Shown one piece after another: positions 38,087-48,466 of a DNA stretch of 64,000 nucleotides. Both the position numbers and the translations under genes were made by a program. The stretch comes from an uncultured Alphaproteobacteria bacterium (GTDB lineage Bacteria > Pseudomonadota > Alphaproteobacteria > Rhodobacterales > Rhodobacteraceae): assembly GCA_963729425.1 (NCBI GenBank), contig CAVSOF010000026.1, positions 515,451 through 579,450 on the forward strand, written 5' to 3'. How positions within the stretch are numbered: the first letter of the stretch is position 1; each line of letters starts with the position of its first letter. A model generated the notes under the pieces. The model saw nothing but the letters and a program-made list of their open reading frames with translations. It did not search any database and was not told the origin of the DNA.

Positions 38087-38797
38087 ATGGGTACGGTATC
38101 GCACGTCCGCCCGCCCGGGCCCGACGCGCCGATCGGCGCTCTCGCGCGCGATCCGGGCACGGTGCGCGAGGCGCGCGCGCTGCGCCACGCGGTCTTCGTC
38201 ACGGAGCGCGGCGCGGCGGCGGGATTCGAGGCGGGGCTCGAGGGGGACGCGCACGACGCCGACGCGGAGCACCTGATCGTGCGGGCGCCGGATGGGGCGG
38301 TGGTCGCGACCGCCCGGCTCGGGCGGGGCTGGACCGCACGGGAGTTCGACCTGTCCGCGCTGACGTCGCGCGGCGTGGTCCCGCTCGAGCTCGGCCGTGC
38401 CTGCGTGCGCGCCGACCACCGCGGCGGGCTCGCCGGGGCGGCCCTCTTCGCCGCCGCCCTGCGCGGCGCGCGCGACATGGGCGCGGTCGCGCTGGTCGGC
38501 TCCGCCTCGTTCAGCGGCTCCGACCCGGCGCCGCACCGACCCGCGCTCCGCGCGCTGCGCGCCGCCGCGCTCGCCCCGCGGGAATGGCGAGCGGTCGCGC
38601 ACGGACCGTGGGCGATCTCGACCAAGGGCGAGGCGCCGCGGTCGGCGATGGCGGGCGTGCCGCCGCTCATAAAGAGCTACCTGCGCGCCGGCGCCTGGAT
38701 CGGGGAGGGTGCCTGCGTGGACGCGGCGTTCAACGCCGTCGACGTCTGCGTGGTGCTCGACATGGCCCGCCTGCGGATACCCGCGGCGTTCGCGTGA
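38087..38797 (+). CDS. olsB: GNAT N-acyltransferase, OlsB-like (ornithine/amino-lipid synthesis)
   Basis: LRHAVFV.E.G, D..D...EHL, LELGRACV..DHRGG, LVGSASF.G, VPPLIKSYLR.GA.IG.G..VD..FN..DV; followed by an acyltransferase. Confidence 0.7.
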   Translation: MGTVSHVRPPGPDAPIGALARDPGTVREARALRHAVFVTERGAAAGFEAGLEGDAHDADAEHLIVRAPDGAVVATARLGRGWTAREFDLSALTSRGVVPLELGRACVRADHRGGLAGAALFAAALRGARDMGAVALVGSASFSGSDPAPHRPALRALRAAALAPREWRAVAHGPWAISTKGEAPRSAMAGVPPLIKSYLRAGAWIGEGACVDAAFNAVDVCVVLDMARLRIPAAFA

Positions 38798-38804
38798 GGC
38801 GCCG

Positions 38805-39629
38805 GTGACCACCTGGGACGGCGCGCCGCAGCCTCCGGCGGTTCGGCCGGGCGTCCGGGGATGGCTCCGCATCGCGCGCCGCGGCATGCCCGCTCTGGCC
38901 GCGATCGCGCTCGGCCTCGTCGTTCTCCTGGCGCTGCGCCTGCCCGAGCGGCTCGCCTTCGGAGCCCGCCGCCCGGTCACGCCGTGGATCACCCGCGGCG
39001 TCTGCGCGGTCGCGCTGCGTCTCGTCGGCTTGCGCCGCATCGTCCGCGGTCGGGCGGTGGCGGGGCCGGGCGCGCTGGTCGCCAACCACGCGTCGTGGCT
39101 CGACATCCTCGCGCTCAACGCCTGCGCGCCAATGCGCTTCGTTTCGAAGGCCGAGGTCGGCGGCTGGCCCGGCATCGGCTGGCTCGCGCGCGCGACGGGG
39201 ACGGTGTTCATCCGCCGCGACCGCCGGCTCGCCGCGACGCACCGCGACGCGCTCGGCGAGGCGCTCGCCGGGGGCGGCCTGCTCGCGTTATTCCCGGAAG
39301 GGACGAGCAGCGACGGATGCCGGGTCCTGCCGTTCAAGTCCACGCTCTTCGCGGCCCTCGCCACGCCCGACCGGCCGGTGCAGCCGGTCACGCTGCGCTA
39401 CGTCGCGCCGCCGGGCTCGCCGCGCGACCTCTACGGCTGGTGGGGCGACCGCGACCTCGCCGGCAGCCTCGTCGCGGTGCTTTCGACGCGCCGCCGGGGC
39501 CGCGTGGAGGTGACGTTCCATCCCCCGCTCGACCCCGCCGATCATCCCGACCGCAAGGCGCTCGCGCGCGCGGCCGAGGCGGCGGTGCGCGGCGGTCTAG
39601 ACCCGCATGGCGGCGGCGAGGACGCCTAG
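38805..39629 (+). CDS. olsA: Lysophospholipid/lyso-ornithine lipid acyltransferase, OlsA-like
   Basis: VANHASWLDI, FVSKAEV..WP, FPEGTSSDG..VLPFKSTLF. Confidence 0.75.
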   Translation: MTTWDGAPQPPAVRPGVRGWLRIARRGMPALAAIALGLVVLLALRLPERLAFGARRPVTPWITRGVCAVALRLVGLRRIVRGRAVAGPGALVANHASWLDILALNACAPMRFVSKAEVGGWPGIGWLARATGTVFIRRDRRLAATHRDALGEALAGGGLLALFPEGTSSDGCRVLPFKSTLFAALATPDRPVQPVTLRYVAPPGSPRDLYGWWGDRDLAGSLVAVLSTRRRGRVEVTFHPPLDPADHPDRKALARAAEAAVRGGLDPHGGGEDA

Positions 39630-40208
39630 CCGCGCCACCGGGTCGTCCGCCGACCAGACCTCTTCCCCGAAGGCGAGGAAGTCCGCCACGGCGGCGAGCG
39701 CCGCGACCGTCGCCTCGTCGAGGGCGCCCTCGGCCACCACCGGCACCTCGACCACCTCCGACCACCACGCGAACAGCTCCGTCTCCGCGCGCGCGGCCGT
39801 CCCGAGCGGCGTCGCGCCCGCGGGCCCGAAGGCGACGTAGTCCGCTCCGGCCTCTCCCGCGGCCATGCCGTCGTGCCGCGACGCGCCGCAGGACGCGCCG
39901 ACGATCGGGTCCGGCCCCCAGTCGGCGCGCAGCCGCCGGACCTCGCGCGGATCGCTCAGGTGGACGCCGTCGAGCCCCAGCGGCACCACCAGCGCGGCGT
40001 GGTCGGTCACCACCAGCGGCACGTCGAACCGGTGCGCCACCTCGCGGCAGAGGTCGGCGGCGCGCGTCACGCGCTCGGCGTCGCGGGTCGCGAGGTCGAG
40101 GCGCAGGCAGGCGACGGGGTGGGCGTCGAGCATCGCGGCGAGCCGGTCGGCGAAGCCCGCATCGACCTCGGGCGGGGTGAGCAGGTAGATCTGCGGCGTC
40201 TCGGACAT
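39597..40208 (-). CDS. Thiamine phosphate synthase family protein
   Basis: PQIYLLTP, GLDGVHL, IVGASCG.SRHDGM.AGEAGADYVAFGP, WWSEVVEVPVVAEG. Confidence 0.85.
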   Translation of the reverse strand: MSETPQIYLLTPPEVDAGFADRLAAMLDAHPVACLRLDLATRDAERVTRAADLCREVAHRFDVPLVVTDHAALVVPLGLDGVHLSDPREVRRLRADWGPDPIVGASCGASRHDGMAAGEAGADYVAFGPAGATPLGTAARAETELFAWWSEVVEVPVVAEGALDEATVAALAAVADFLAFGEEVWSADDPVARLGVLAAAMRV

Positions 40209-40286
40209 CGGCGGCCCCTCCGGTCGCCCGCCGCCTAGCCGCGCCCGCCTTGCGCCGCAAGCGGGCCGGGGCTACCCCGCCGCGCA

Positions 40287-41024
40287 ATGGAGACCCGCGC
40301 CCCCGCCTTCGTCCTCGTGCGCCCGCAAATGGGCGAGAACGTCGGCGCGGCGGCCCGCTCGATGCTCAACTTCGGGCTCGAGGGGATGCGCGTCGTGGCC
40401 CCCCGCGACGGCTGGCCCAACGAGCGCGCGGTGGCGCTGGCCTCCGGGGCGGGCCGCGTGCTCGACGCCGCCCGGCTCCACGACACCACCGCGGAGGCCG
40501 TCGCCGACTGCACGATGGTCTTCGCCACGACCGCGCGCGACCGCGATCTGGCCAAGCCCGTCTACGCGCCCGAGGCCGCGATGGCGGAGGCGCGCGAGCG
40601 CGGCGCGCGGGGCGAGCGCGTGGCCGTCCTGTTCGGGCCCGAGCGCACGGGGCTCGAGAACGAGGACGTCGCGCTCGCCAACGCCATCGTCAGCGTGCCC
40701 ACCAATCCCGCCTTCGCCTCGCTGAACCTTGCGCAATGCGTGCTGCTGATGGGCTACGAATGGCGCCGCGCGACCGACGCGCCGCCGCCCCGCATCGACG
40801 CGCTCGCGGGCACCGTCTGGGCCGAGCACGCCGAGACCGAGGCGCTGGCCGCGCATTTCGAGCAGCGGCTCGAGGCGGCCGGCTTCTTCTACCCCGAGGG
40901 CAAGGCGCCGGCGATGAAGCGGCACCTGCGGAACCTCTGGTCGCGGATGCCGCTCACCCGCGCGGACGTGCAGACGTTCCACGGCATGATGCGGCAGATG
41001 GTGCGCTGGAAAGAACGCGGCTGA
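40287..41024 (+). CDS. SPOUT RNA methyltransferase (TrmJ/LasT family)
   Basis: VRPQMGENVGAAARSMLNFG, LFGPERTGLEN, SLNLAQCV. Confidence 0.9.
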   Translation: METRAPAFVLVRPQMGENVGAAARSMLNFGLEGMRVVAPRDGWPNERAVALASGAGRVLDAARLHDTTAEAVADCTMVFATTARDRDLAKPVYAPEAAMAEARERGARGERVAVLFGPERTGLENEDVALANAIVSVPTNPAFASLNLAQCVLLMGYEWRRATDAPPPRIDALAGTVWAEHAETEALAAHFEQRLEAAGFFYPEGKAPAMKRHLRNLWSRMPLTRADVQTFHGMMRQMVRWKERG

Positions 41025-41061
41025 ACGCCTAGGTCGGGCGCGTCGCAGGAGGGCAGGGGAC

Positions 41062-42198
41062 ATGGCGGGACGCGCGATCTTCGAGGACGTGACGGCGCAG
41101 GCCCGGCCCGCCGCGCGCGCGGGCGGCATCGACGCGGGCCACCGCGGGTCGCGCCGCGCGGTGCGGATCTGGCTCGGCATCCTCTTCGCGCTCGTCGTCG
41201 TCATGATCGCCGTCGGCGGCTTGACGCGGCTCACCGATAGCGGGCTCGCCATCACCGAATGGCGTCCCGTCACCGGCTCGATCCCCCCGCTCTCGGCGGA
41301 AGCCTGGCAGGCCGAGTTCGACCTCTACCGCGCGATCCCCGAATACCAGCTGCAGAACCGCGGCATGTCGATGGCCGAGTTCCAGACGATCTACTGGTGG
41401 GAATGGGGCCACCGGCAGCTCGGCCGCGTGATCGGGCTGGTCTGGGCCGCGGGCTTCCTCTGGCTCTGGCTCACGAAGCGCATCCCGCCCGGCTGGACCG
41501 GCCGGCTCCTCGGGCTCGGCGCGCTCGGCGGGCTGCAGGGGGCGATCGGCTGGTGGATGGTGTCCTCGGGGCTGACCGGGACGATGCTCGACGTCGCCTC
41601 CTACCGGCTCGCGGTCCACCTGGGCCTCGCCTTCGCGATCCTCGCGCTCATAGCATGGTTCATGCTCTCGATGTCGCGGCCCGGCGCGGCGCTCCTGCAG
41701 GCGCGCAGGCTCGCCGATCCCCGGCTGATGGCGCTCGGCGCGGGGCTGATCGCGCTCACCTTCGGGCAGGTGCTGATGGGCGCGCTGGTGGCGGGCATCG
41801 ACGCGGGGCGCAACTACGTCGACTGGCCGCTGATGGCGGGCGGGCTCACGCCGCCGGGGATGTGGGCGCTCGATCCGTGGTGGCGCAACCTGTTCGAGAA
41901 TGACGGGACGGTGCAGTTCCTCCACCGCCTCTGGGGCTACGCGCTCTTCGCGGCGATCGTCGCCGCGTGGTGGGTCGCGCGGCGGTCATCCAACTTCAAG
42001 ACGTCGGTGGCGTTCGGCGGCGTGCTGGCGATGGCCGTGGTGCAGATGCTTCTCGGGATCGTGACCGTGATGAACTCCTCGCCCTGGCACCTCGCCATCG
42101 CGCACCAGTTCGGCGCGGTGGTCCTGATCTGCCTCGCGGTCCGGGCGCGCCACCGCGCCAAGTATCCGCTGCCGCAATCGGTGAGGGGCGCCGCATGA
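41062..42198 (+). CDS. ctaA: Heme A synthase (COX15/CtaA)
   Basis: VGGLTRLTDSGLAITEW, WWEWGHRQLGR, GWWMVSSGL, YRLAVHL, VQFLHR, HQFGA. Confidence 0.93.
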   Translation: MAGRAIFEDVTAQARPAARAGGIDAGHRGSRRAVRIWLGILFALVVVMIAVGGLTRLTDSGLAITEWRPVTGSIPPLSAEAWQAEFDLYRAIPEYQLQNRGMSMAEFQTIYWWEWGHRQLGRVIGLVWAAGFLWLWLTKRIPPGWTGRLLGLGALGGLQGAIGWWMVSSGLTGTMLDVASYRLAVHLGLAFAILALIAWFMLSMSRPGAALLQARRLADPRLMALGAGLIALTFGQVLMGALVAGIDAGRNYVDWPLMAGGLTPPGMWALDPWWRNLFENDGTVQFLHRLWGYALFAAIVAAWWVARRSSNFKTSVAFGGVLAMAVVQMLLGIVTVMNSSPWHLAIAHQFGAVVLICLAVRARHRAKYPLPQSVRGAA

Positions 42199-43661
42199 CC
42201 GCCTACGACGACCTGATGGCGCACGAGCGCACGACGCGGGCCCTGGGCGAGGTCGCGGGCCGCACCGGCTGGGACCAGGAGACGGTGATGCCGCGCGGCG
42301 CCGCCCCGCAGCGCGCCGAGGAGATGGCCGCGCTCGAGGAGGTGCTGCACGCGCGGCGCACCGATCCGCGGCTGGGCGACTGGCTCGAGGCGGCGATCCC
42401 CGCGGACGCGGTGGCCGACGCGAACCTGCGCGAGGTGCGCCGCGGCTACGAGCGCGCCCGCCGCGTCCCCGCGCGGCTGGCCTCCGAGATCGCGCGCGTG
42501 ACCTCGCTCGCGCAGGGCCAGTGGGCGAGCGCGCGCGCGGCCGACGACGCGGCCTCGTTCCTTCCCGTGCTGGCCGAGGTCGTGCGGCTGCGGCGCGAGG
42601 AGGCGGCGGCGCTGGCGGGCGGCGGCGATCCCTACGACGCGCTGATGCAGGACTACGAGCCGGGCGGGTCGTCGGACGCGATGGCCGCGATGTTCGACGC
42701 GCTCCGGCCCCGGCTGGTCGCGCTGCGCGAGCGCGCGCTCGCCGCCTCGCCCGCGCCGCGCCTGTCGGGGACGTATCCGGCCGACGCGCAGATGGCGCTC
42801 GCCGCCGAGATCGCGGAGCGCTTCGGCTACGACACGGCGCGGGGCCGCATCGACCTCGCCGTGCATCCGTTCTCGTCGGGCTCCGGCCTCGACGTGCGCA
42901 TCACCACGCGCGTGGACGAGGCCGACCCGTTCAACTGCCTCTACTCGACCATCCACGAGGTCGGCCACGCCGCCTACGAGCAGGGGGTCGCGTCCGAGCA
43001 TCTGCTCACGCCGATCGGCCACGGCGCGAGCATGGGCGTCCACGAGAGCCAGTCCCGCGTCTACGAGAACCAGATGGGCCGGTCGGAGCCGTTCTGCGGC
43101 TGGCTCCACGGTCGGATGCGCGACGCGTTCGGCGAGACGGGGGTGGCGTCGGAGCGCGACTTCTACCGCGCGGTCAACGGCGTGCGGTCGGGCTACATCC
43201 GCACCGAGGCCGACGAGCTGCACTACAACCTCCACGTCCTGCTGCGCTTCGACCTCGAGCGCGCGCTGGTGCGCGGCGCGCTGGAGGTGGCCGATCTCGA
43301 GGCGGCGTGGAACGAGCGGTTCGAGGCGGATTTCGGCGTCGCCGTGGACCGGCCGTCGAACGGCTTCCTGCAGGACGTGCACTGGCCCGTGGGGCTGATG
43401 GGCTACTTCCCGACCTACACGCTGGGCAACCTCTACGCCGGCTGCCTGATGGCGGCGGCGCGGAGCGACGTGGCTGGGATCGACGACGCGCTGGCGCAGG
43501 GCGATCCGTCGCCCGCCACCGGCTGGATGCGCGAGCGGGTTCAGCGCTACGGCGCGTTGCGCGCCCCCGAGGACACGATCGCGCACGCGACCGGCGCGGC
43601 GCCCTCGGCCGAGCCGCTGCTCGCCTATCTCGAGGCCAAGTTCGCCGACCTCTACCCCTGA
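42195..43661 (+). CDS. Carboxypeptidase M32
   Basis: WDQET.MP, HPF, DVRITTR, HEVGH, HESQS, IRTEADE, GYFPTYTLG. Confidence 0.93.
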   Translation: MTAYDDLMAHERTTRALGEVAGRTGWDQETVMPRGAAPQRAEEMAALEEVLHARRTDPRLGDWLEAAIPADAVADANLREVRRGYERARRVPARLASEIARVTSLAQGQWASARAADDAASFLPVLAEVVRLRREEAAALAGGGDPYDALMQDYEPGGSSDAMAAMFDALRPRLVALRERALAASPAPRLSGTYPADAQMALAAEIAERFGYDTARGRIDLAVHPFSSGSGLDVRITTRVDEADPFNCLYSTIHEVGHAAYEQGVASEHLLTPIGHGASMGVHESQSRVYENQMGRSEPFCGWLHGRMRDAFGETGVASERDFYRAVNGVRSGYIRTEADELHYNLHVLLRFDLERALVRGALEVADLEAAWNERFEADFGVAVDRPSNGFLQDVHWPVGLMGYFPTYTLGNLYAGCLMAAARSDVAGIDDALAQGDPSPATGWMRERVQRYGALRAPEDTIAHATGAAPSAEPLLAYLEAKFADLYP

Positions 43662-44539
43662 GCCGCGCTCGGCCCCGCGCCGTAGTAGAGCCCGACGACG
43701 TGCTCGGCCTCCGCGAAGAACAGCCAGCGCTGCACCGCCACCCCCGCCAGGTGCGCCACGACCGCCAGCGCGGCGGGCAGGTGGTGCGGCCCGCCGATGG
43801 CGAGCGCGGCCACGGGGACCACGACCATGAGCGCCATCGCGATGACGCGCAGCTTGACCGCGTGCTTGCGGGCGACGCGGAACACCATCTCCCGCGTCAC
43901 GTAGGTCTCGTTCGTGTGCCCCCGCTCCCAGAGCGCGAGCCGTCCGCCGAGCCCCGTCGCGCTGCCCATGCCCGAGCCCGCCTCCGCGAACCGCCGGTCG
44001 CCGCGCCACCAGTGGAACGCGGTCACCGCGCCCAGCAGCACCAGGAGCGCCATCGCCGCGTCGACCTGCCCCGCGAGCAGCGCGCCGCCCGCGAGCGAGG
44101 CGGTCACGAACAGCACCGGCGTCGCGGGCTGGTTCCAGCGCGGCACGGCGCGGAGTTGCGCGTAGATCATCGCCGTCGTCACCACGGTGGCGAGCGACAG
44201 CGCCGCGCCGAGCCAACCCAGCGGCGCGAGCCGCACGCCCGCGAAGACCTGTCCCGCCGCCACCACCGCCATCGTCAGGAGCGCCGCCACCGCCGCCCAG
44301 GCCTCCCGCGAGAGCCACGACGTGCGCCACTGGCTGTAGCTGCGCCACGCCTGCCTCTTGTTGCGCAGGTGGAAGAAGGCCGACACCAGCCCGCCGACCG
44401 CCAGAGCGTAGGCGATCGCGTAGAACACGAACGCGACCCAGCCGCGCACGTCGGGCAGGCCGAGGCCGAGGAACGCGAGCAGCCCGAACCCCGCCCCGGA
44501 CAGCGTCGAGAACACGATGACCGACGGCGCCGGATGCAT
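43652..44539 (-). CDS. soeC: Sulfite dehydrogenase membrane anchor SoeC (DmsC family)
   Basis: MHPAPSVIVFSTLSG.GFG, FHL, SQWRTSWLSRE, TAMIYAQL, RWLFFAEAEHVV.LYY. Confidence 0.88.
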   Translation of the reverse strand: MHPAPSVIVFSTLSGAGFGLLAFLGLGLPDVRGWVAFVFYAIAYALAVGGLVSAFFHLRNKRQAWRSYSQWRTSWLSREAWAAVAALLTMAVVAAGQVFAGVRLAPLGWLGAALSLATVVTTAMIYAQLRAVPRWNQPATPVLFVTASLAGGALLAGQVDAAMALLVLLGAVTAFHWWRGDRRFAEAGSGMGSATGLGGRLALWERGHTNETYVTREMVFRVARKHAVKLRVIAMALMVVVPVAALAIGGPHHLPAALAVVAHLAGVAVQRWLFFAEAEHVVGLYYGAGPSAAQG

Positions 44540-44540
44540 C

Positions 44541-45296
44541 TCAGAGCCGGTCCAGCGCGCGGTCGAGCCAGCCGAGGAACCCCTGCGGCGCTTCGTCCAC
44601 GGGCGCGAGCAGCGGGGCCAGCACGTCGACGTCGTCCGCGCCGCCCATCGCGTCGCGCGGCCGGGGCGGGAGGTAGCGATTGACCGGCCGGGTCCCCTGC
44701 TCGGGCATGAGCGCCACGCCGCCGCGCGCCTCCACCAGCCGAGAGACGGCGGAGGCCGGGTCGGCGAGGTCGCCGAAATGCCGCGCGCCGGTGGGGCAGG
44801 TCCGCACGCAGGCGGGCTCGCGGTCGATCTCGGGCAGCGCCTCGTCGTGGATGCGGTCGACGCAGAGGGTGCACTTCTTCATCACCCCCGCCGCCACGTC
44901 GACCTCGCGCGCGCCGTAGGGGCAGGCCCAGGCGCACAGACCGCAACCCATGCAGGCGGCCTCGTCCATGAGCACGATCCCGTCCTCGGCGCGCTTGTAG
45001 CTGGCCCCGGTGGGGCAGACCGTGACGCAGGGCGCGTCGTCGCAATGCAGGCACGAGCGCGGGAAGTGGATCGTCTGCGCGGCGCCCCGCTCGGGCTGCG
45101 ACTGGTAGGAGTGGACGCGGTTGAGGAACGTGCCGGTCGCCTCGCCGTAGGGGTCCTGGTCCGAGAGCGGCGCGCCGAGCTCGGACTGCGTGTTCCACGC
45201 CTTGCAGGCGGTCACGCAGGCCTGGCAGCCGACGCAGGTGTCGAGGTCGATCACGAGGCCGAGCTTGACCGCGGGCTCCGGGGGCAGGGCGGTCAT
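44541..45296 (-). CDS. soeB: Sulfite dehydrogenase 4Fe-4S subunit SoeB
   Basis: LVIDLDTCVGCQAC, SCLHCDDAPCVTVCPTGAS, CMGCGLCAWACPYG, KCTLCVDR. Confidence 0.9.
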   Translation of the reverse strand: MTALPPEPAVKLGLVIDLDTCVGCQACVTACKAWNTQSELGAPLSDQDPYGEATGTFLNRVHSYQSQPERGAAQTIHFPRSCLHCDDAPCVTVCPTGASYKRAEDGIVLMDEAACMGCGLCAWACPYGAREVDVAAGVMKKCTLCVDRIHDEALPEIDREPACVRTCPTGARHFGDLADPASAVSRLVEARGGVALMPEQGTRPVNRYLPPRPRDAMGGADDVDVLAPLLAPVDEAPQGFLGWLDRALDRL

Positions 45297-45655
45297 CGGC
45301 GGCCTCGCTTCGGGGGTGAGGGGCGCGGTGACCGCGAACCCCGCGCGAGCGAAGTCGCGCGGGTCGCGGGCGGGAGCGCCGCGACGGGAGGCGGGGGAAC
45401 GCGCGGCGTCCGTTCGACGGCCACCGGAACGGGCGGACGACGAGAGTTGGATGGGAGACTCGAATATCGGCGGCCCGGCGCCGGTGGACCGCAGGGACTT
45501 CCGGGCGGGCGGATCGATGCGGGGCCTGCGAGCCGAGGCCGCGGCACCGGCCATCGGACGAGGCGGTCGACGAACGAGCGCGCCCGCATGGTCCGGCAAG
45601 CGGACCCGTTCGCCCGGTCCGCGCGGCCCGCATCGCCCGGGAGCCCCGCGGAGCT

Positions 45656-48466
45656 TCACGAGACCGTCCAGGCCAGCCGGTCCGGGCCGGTGCCGACCGG
45701 GCTCGCCTGCCGCCCCGTATCGGGCTGCGAGGCGAGGCCGTCCGGCGCGGTGACCTTCTCCACGCGCACGCGCAGGTCGAACCACGCGGCCTGACCGGTG
45801 ATCGGATCGGAGTTCGACCACCGCATCCCGTCGGCGCGGGGCGGGAGCAGCTCGTGGATCAGGTGGTTCAAAAGGAAGCCCGCCTTCGCCTCCGGCGCGC
45901 CCTCCTTCAGCCCCCACGCGCCCGACCGCTTGCCCACCGCGTTCCAGGTCCAGATCGTACGCGGGTTCAGCGCGGCCATGTGCGCCACGGGCACGACGAT
46001 CGCGCCATGCGGCGAGGTCACGCGCGCCCAGTCGCCGTCCGCGAACCCGTCGCGCTCCCACACCGCGGTCGGCAGGTACATTGGGTTGCGCCCGTGTATC
46101 TGCCGGAGCCAGGCGTTCTGCCCGCCCCAGGAATGGTACATCGCCGCCGGGCGCTGCGTCAGCGCGTGCAGGTCGTAGCCGTCGTCGGCGCCTTCCGACG
46201 GGTCCGACCAGAAGGGCAGCGGGTCGAACGCCTCGCGCATCCGGGCGCGCAGGTGCTCGGGCGGCTGCCGCCCGCCCACCCCCTCGGCCGCGAGCCGGAA
46301 CCGCTGGACGGGCTCGCACCACAGATTGAGCAGGTAGGGCAGGGGGCGGTCGTAGAGGCCCATGCCCACGGCCCAGTCCTGATAGGCAGCGTTCCACGGC
46401 TTCATGAACGCCGCCGCCTCGGGAACGGGGGCCACGGCGAACCCGCCCGCCTCCACGTAGCGCTCCAGCTGGTCGGGGTTCGGCGCGCCGCGCCCGGTCT
46501 CGGTCCCGTCGCCGCGCCAGCCCATCAGAGGCCCGATCCCCGGCCGGCGCTCGTGGCGCACCATGTAGTCGGCGTAGTCCGCGTAGAGCCGCGAGCCGTC
46601 CTCGGCCACCAGCCCCGGCAGCCCGAGCCGCGTCCCGAGCTCGACCAGCACGGACTGGAACGGCCGCACGTCGCGGTCCGGCTCGACCACCGGCCAGCGG
46701 ATCGCGTCGGCCGCGGCGTCCGCCTCGCAGATCGGGCGGTCCAGCAGCGAGATGCAGTCGTGGCGCTCGAGATACGTCGTGTCCGGCAGGATCAGGTCGG
46801 CATAGGCCACCATCTCCGACGAGTAGGCGTCCGAATAGATGACGTGCGGGATGACGTAGGAGCCGTCGGGGTGCGTGTCCGAAAGCATCGCCATCGTCCC
46901 GCCGGTGTTCATCGACGAGTTCCAGGCCATGTTGGCCATGTAGAGGAACAGGGTGTCGATCTCGTACGGGTCGCCCGCATGCGCGTTCGAGATGACCATG
47001 TGCATCATCCCGTGCGCGCTGAGCGGCGCGTCCCAGGAGAACGCGCGGTCGATCCGCGCGGGCGCGCCCTCGTCGTCGAGGCAGAGGTCGTCCGGCCCCT
47101 GCGGGTAGCCCAGATGCGGGCCGTCGAGCGGGGCGCCCGGGGTCGCGCGGCAATGCGGGCGGGGATGCGCGGTGGCGGGCTTGGGGTAGGGCGGCTTGAA
47201 CCGGAAGCCGCCGGGCGTCTCGACGCTGCCGAGCAGGATCTGGAGGACGTGGAGCGCGCGGCAGGTCTGGAACCCGTTGGCATGCGCGCTGATGCCGCGC
47301 ATCGCGTGGAACGAGACCGGTCGTCCGATCATCGTCGCGTGGCGGCGGCCGCGGAAGTCGGTCCAGGGGCGGTCGAGCACCACCGGCTCCTCGAACGCGG
47401 CGCGCGCGATCTCGGCGGCCAGCGCCCGGATGCGGGGCGCGGGGATGCCGCAGCGCTCCGCCACCGCCTCGGGCGCGTGCGACGGGTCGAGGTAGCGCTC
47501 GGCGAGGTGCTGGAACACGGTGCGGTGGCGGATGCCGTCCCGCTCCCAGACGCCCGCGAGGTCGGGCTCGACGTCGGCGGCGTCGAAGGGGCGGGGCGCC
47601 TTGGCCTTCCGGTCCCAGACCAGCGCGCGCCCGTCCGCGTCGCGCAGCGCGAGGCCGCGCGCGTCGCTCGCGGGGTCGCCGTCGATCAGGACCGGCGCGT
47701 CGGTGAAGTCGCGCAGGTAGGCGAGGTCGATCTTCCCGGCTCGCAGGAGGCAGTGCACCAGCGCGAGGATCAGGAGCCCGTCCGTGCCCGGCGTGATCCC
47801 GAACCAGTCGTCGGCGACCGCGGCGTAGCCCGAGCGCACCGGATTGATCCCCACGACCCGCGCGCCGCGCTCCTTGAGCCGGCCGAGCCCCATCTTGATC
47901 GGGTTGCTGTCGTGGTCCTCGGCCACGCCGAACATCACGAAGAGCCTCGTGCGCTCCCAGTCAGGCTGCCCGAACTCCCAGAACGCGCCGCCCAGCGTGT
48001 AGATGCCCGCCGCCGCCATGTTGACCGAGCAGAAGCCGCCATGCGCGGCGTAGTTCGGCGTCCCGAACGCCTGCGCCCACCACGAGGTGAAGGACTGCGA
48101 CTGGTCGCGCCCGGTGAAGAAGGCGAGGCGCTTGGGGTCGGTCTCGCGGATCGGGCGCAGCCAGGCATCGGCCTGCGCGTAGGCTTCTTCCCAGGTGATC
48201 GTCTCGAACTCGCCGGAGCCGCGGGGGCCGGTGCGCCGCATCGGCGCGCGCAGCCGCGCGGGGCTCTCGTGCTGCATGATCCCGGCCGCGCCCTTGGCGC
48301 AGAGCACGCCGCGGTTCACCGGATGGTCGCGGTTGCCCTCGATATAGGCCACGCGCTCGCGCCCGTCGGGCTGACGCCGCACGTGCACGTCGATCCCGCA
48401 GCGGCAGGCGCACATGTAGCAGGTCGTCTTGCGGATCGCGGTCGGGGGCGGGACGTCGAGGCTCAA
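45656..48466 (-). CDS. soeA: Sulfite dehydrogenase molybdopterin subunit SoeA
   Basis: TTCYMCACRCGI, NRGVLCAKG, AFFTGRDQSQ, AAHGGFCSVNMAAAG, MRGISAHANGF, SNSDPITGQAAWFDL. No Tat signal; TTG start overlaps the ackA stop. Confidence 0.9.
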   Translation of the reverse strand: MSLDVPPPTAIRKTTCYMCACRCGIDVHVRRQPDGRERVAYIEGNRDHPVNRGVLCAKGAAGIMQHESPARLRAPMRRTGPRGSGEFETITWEEAYAQADAWLRPIRETDPKRLAFFTGRDQSQSFTSWWAQAFGTPNYAAHGGFCSVNMAAAGIYTLGGAFWEFGQPDWERTRLFVMFGVAEDHDSNPIKMGLGRLKERGARVVGINPVRSGYAAVADDWFGITPGTDGLLILALVHCLLRAGKIDLAYLRDFTDAPVLIDGDPASDARGLALRDADGRALVWDRKAKAPRPFDAADVEPDLAGVWERDGIRHRTVFQHLAERYLDPSHAPEAVAERCGIPAPRIRALAAEIARAAFEEPVVLDRPWTDFRGRRHATMIGRPVSFHAMRGISAHANGFQTCRALHVLQILLGSVETPGGFRFKPPYPKPATAHPRPHCRATPGAPLDGPHLGYPQGPDDLCLDDEGAPARIDRAFSWDAPLSAHGMMHMVISNAHAGDPYEIDTLFLYMANMAWNSSMNTGGTMAMLSDTHPDGSYVIPHVIYSDAYSSEMVAYADLILPDTTYLERHDCISLLDRPICEADAAADAIRWPVVEPDRDVRPFQSVLVELGTRLGLPGLVAEDGSRLYADYADYMVRHERRPGIGPLMGWRGDGTETGRGAPNPDQLERYVEAGGFAVAPVPEAAAFMKPWNAAYQDWAVGMGLYDRPLPYLLNLWCEPVQRFRLAAEGVGGRQPPEHLRARMREAFDPLPFWSDPSEGADDGYDLHALTQRPAAMYHSWGGQNAWLRQIHGRNPMYLPTAVWERDGFADGDWARVTSPHGAIVVPVAHMAALNPRTIWTWNAVGKRSGAWGLKEGAPEAKAGFLLNHLIHELLPPRADGMRWSNSDPITGQAAWFDLRVRVEKVTAPDGLASQPDTGRQASPVGTGPDRLAWTVS

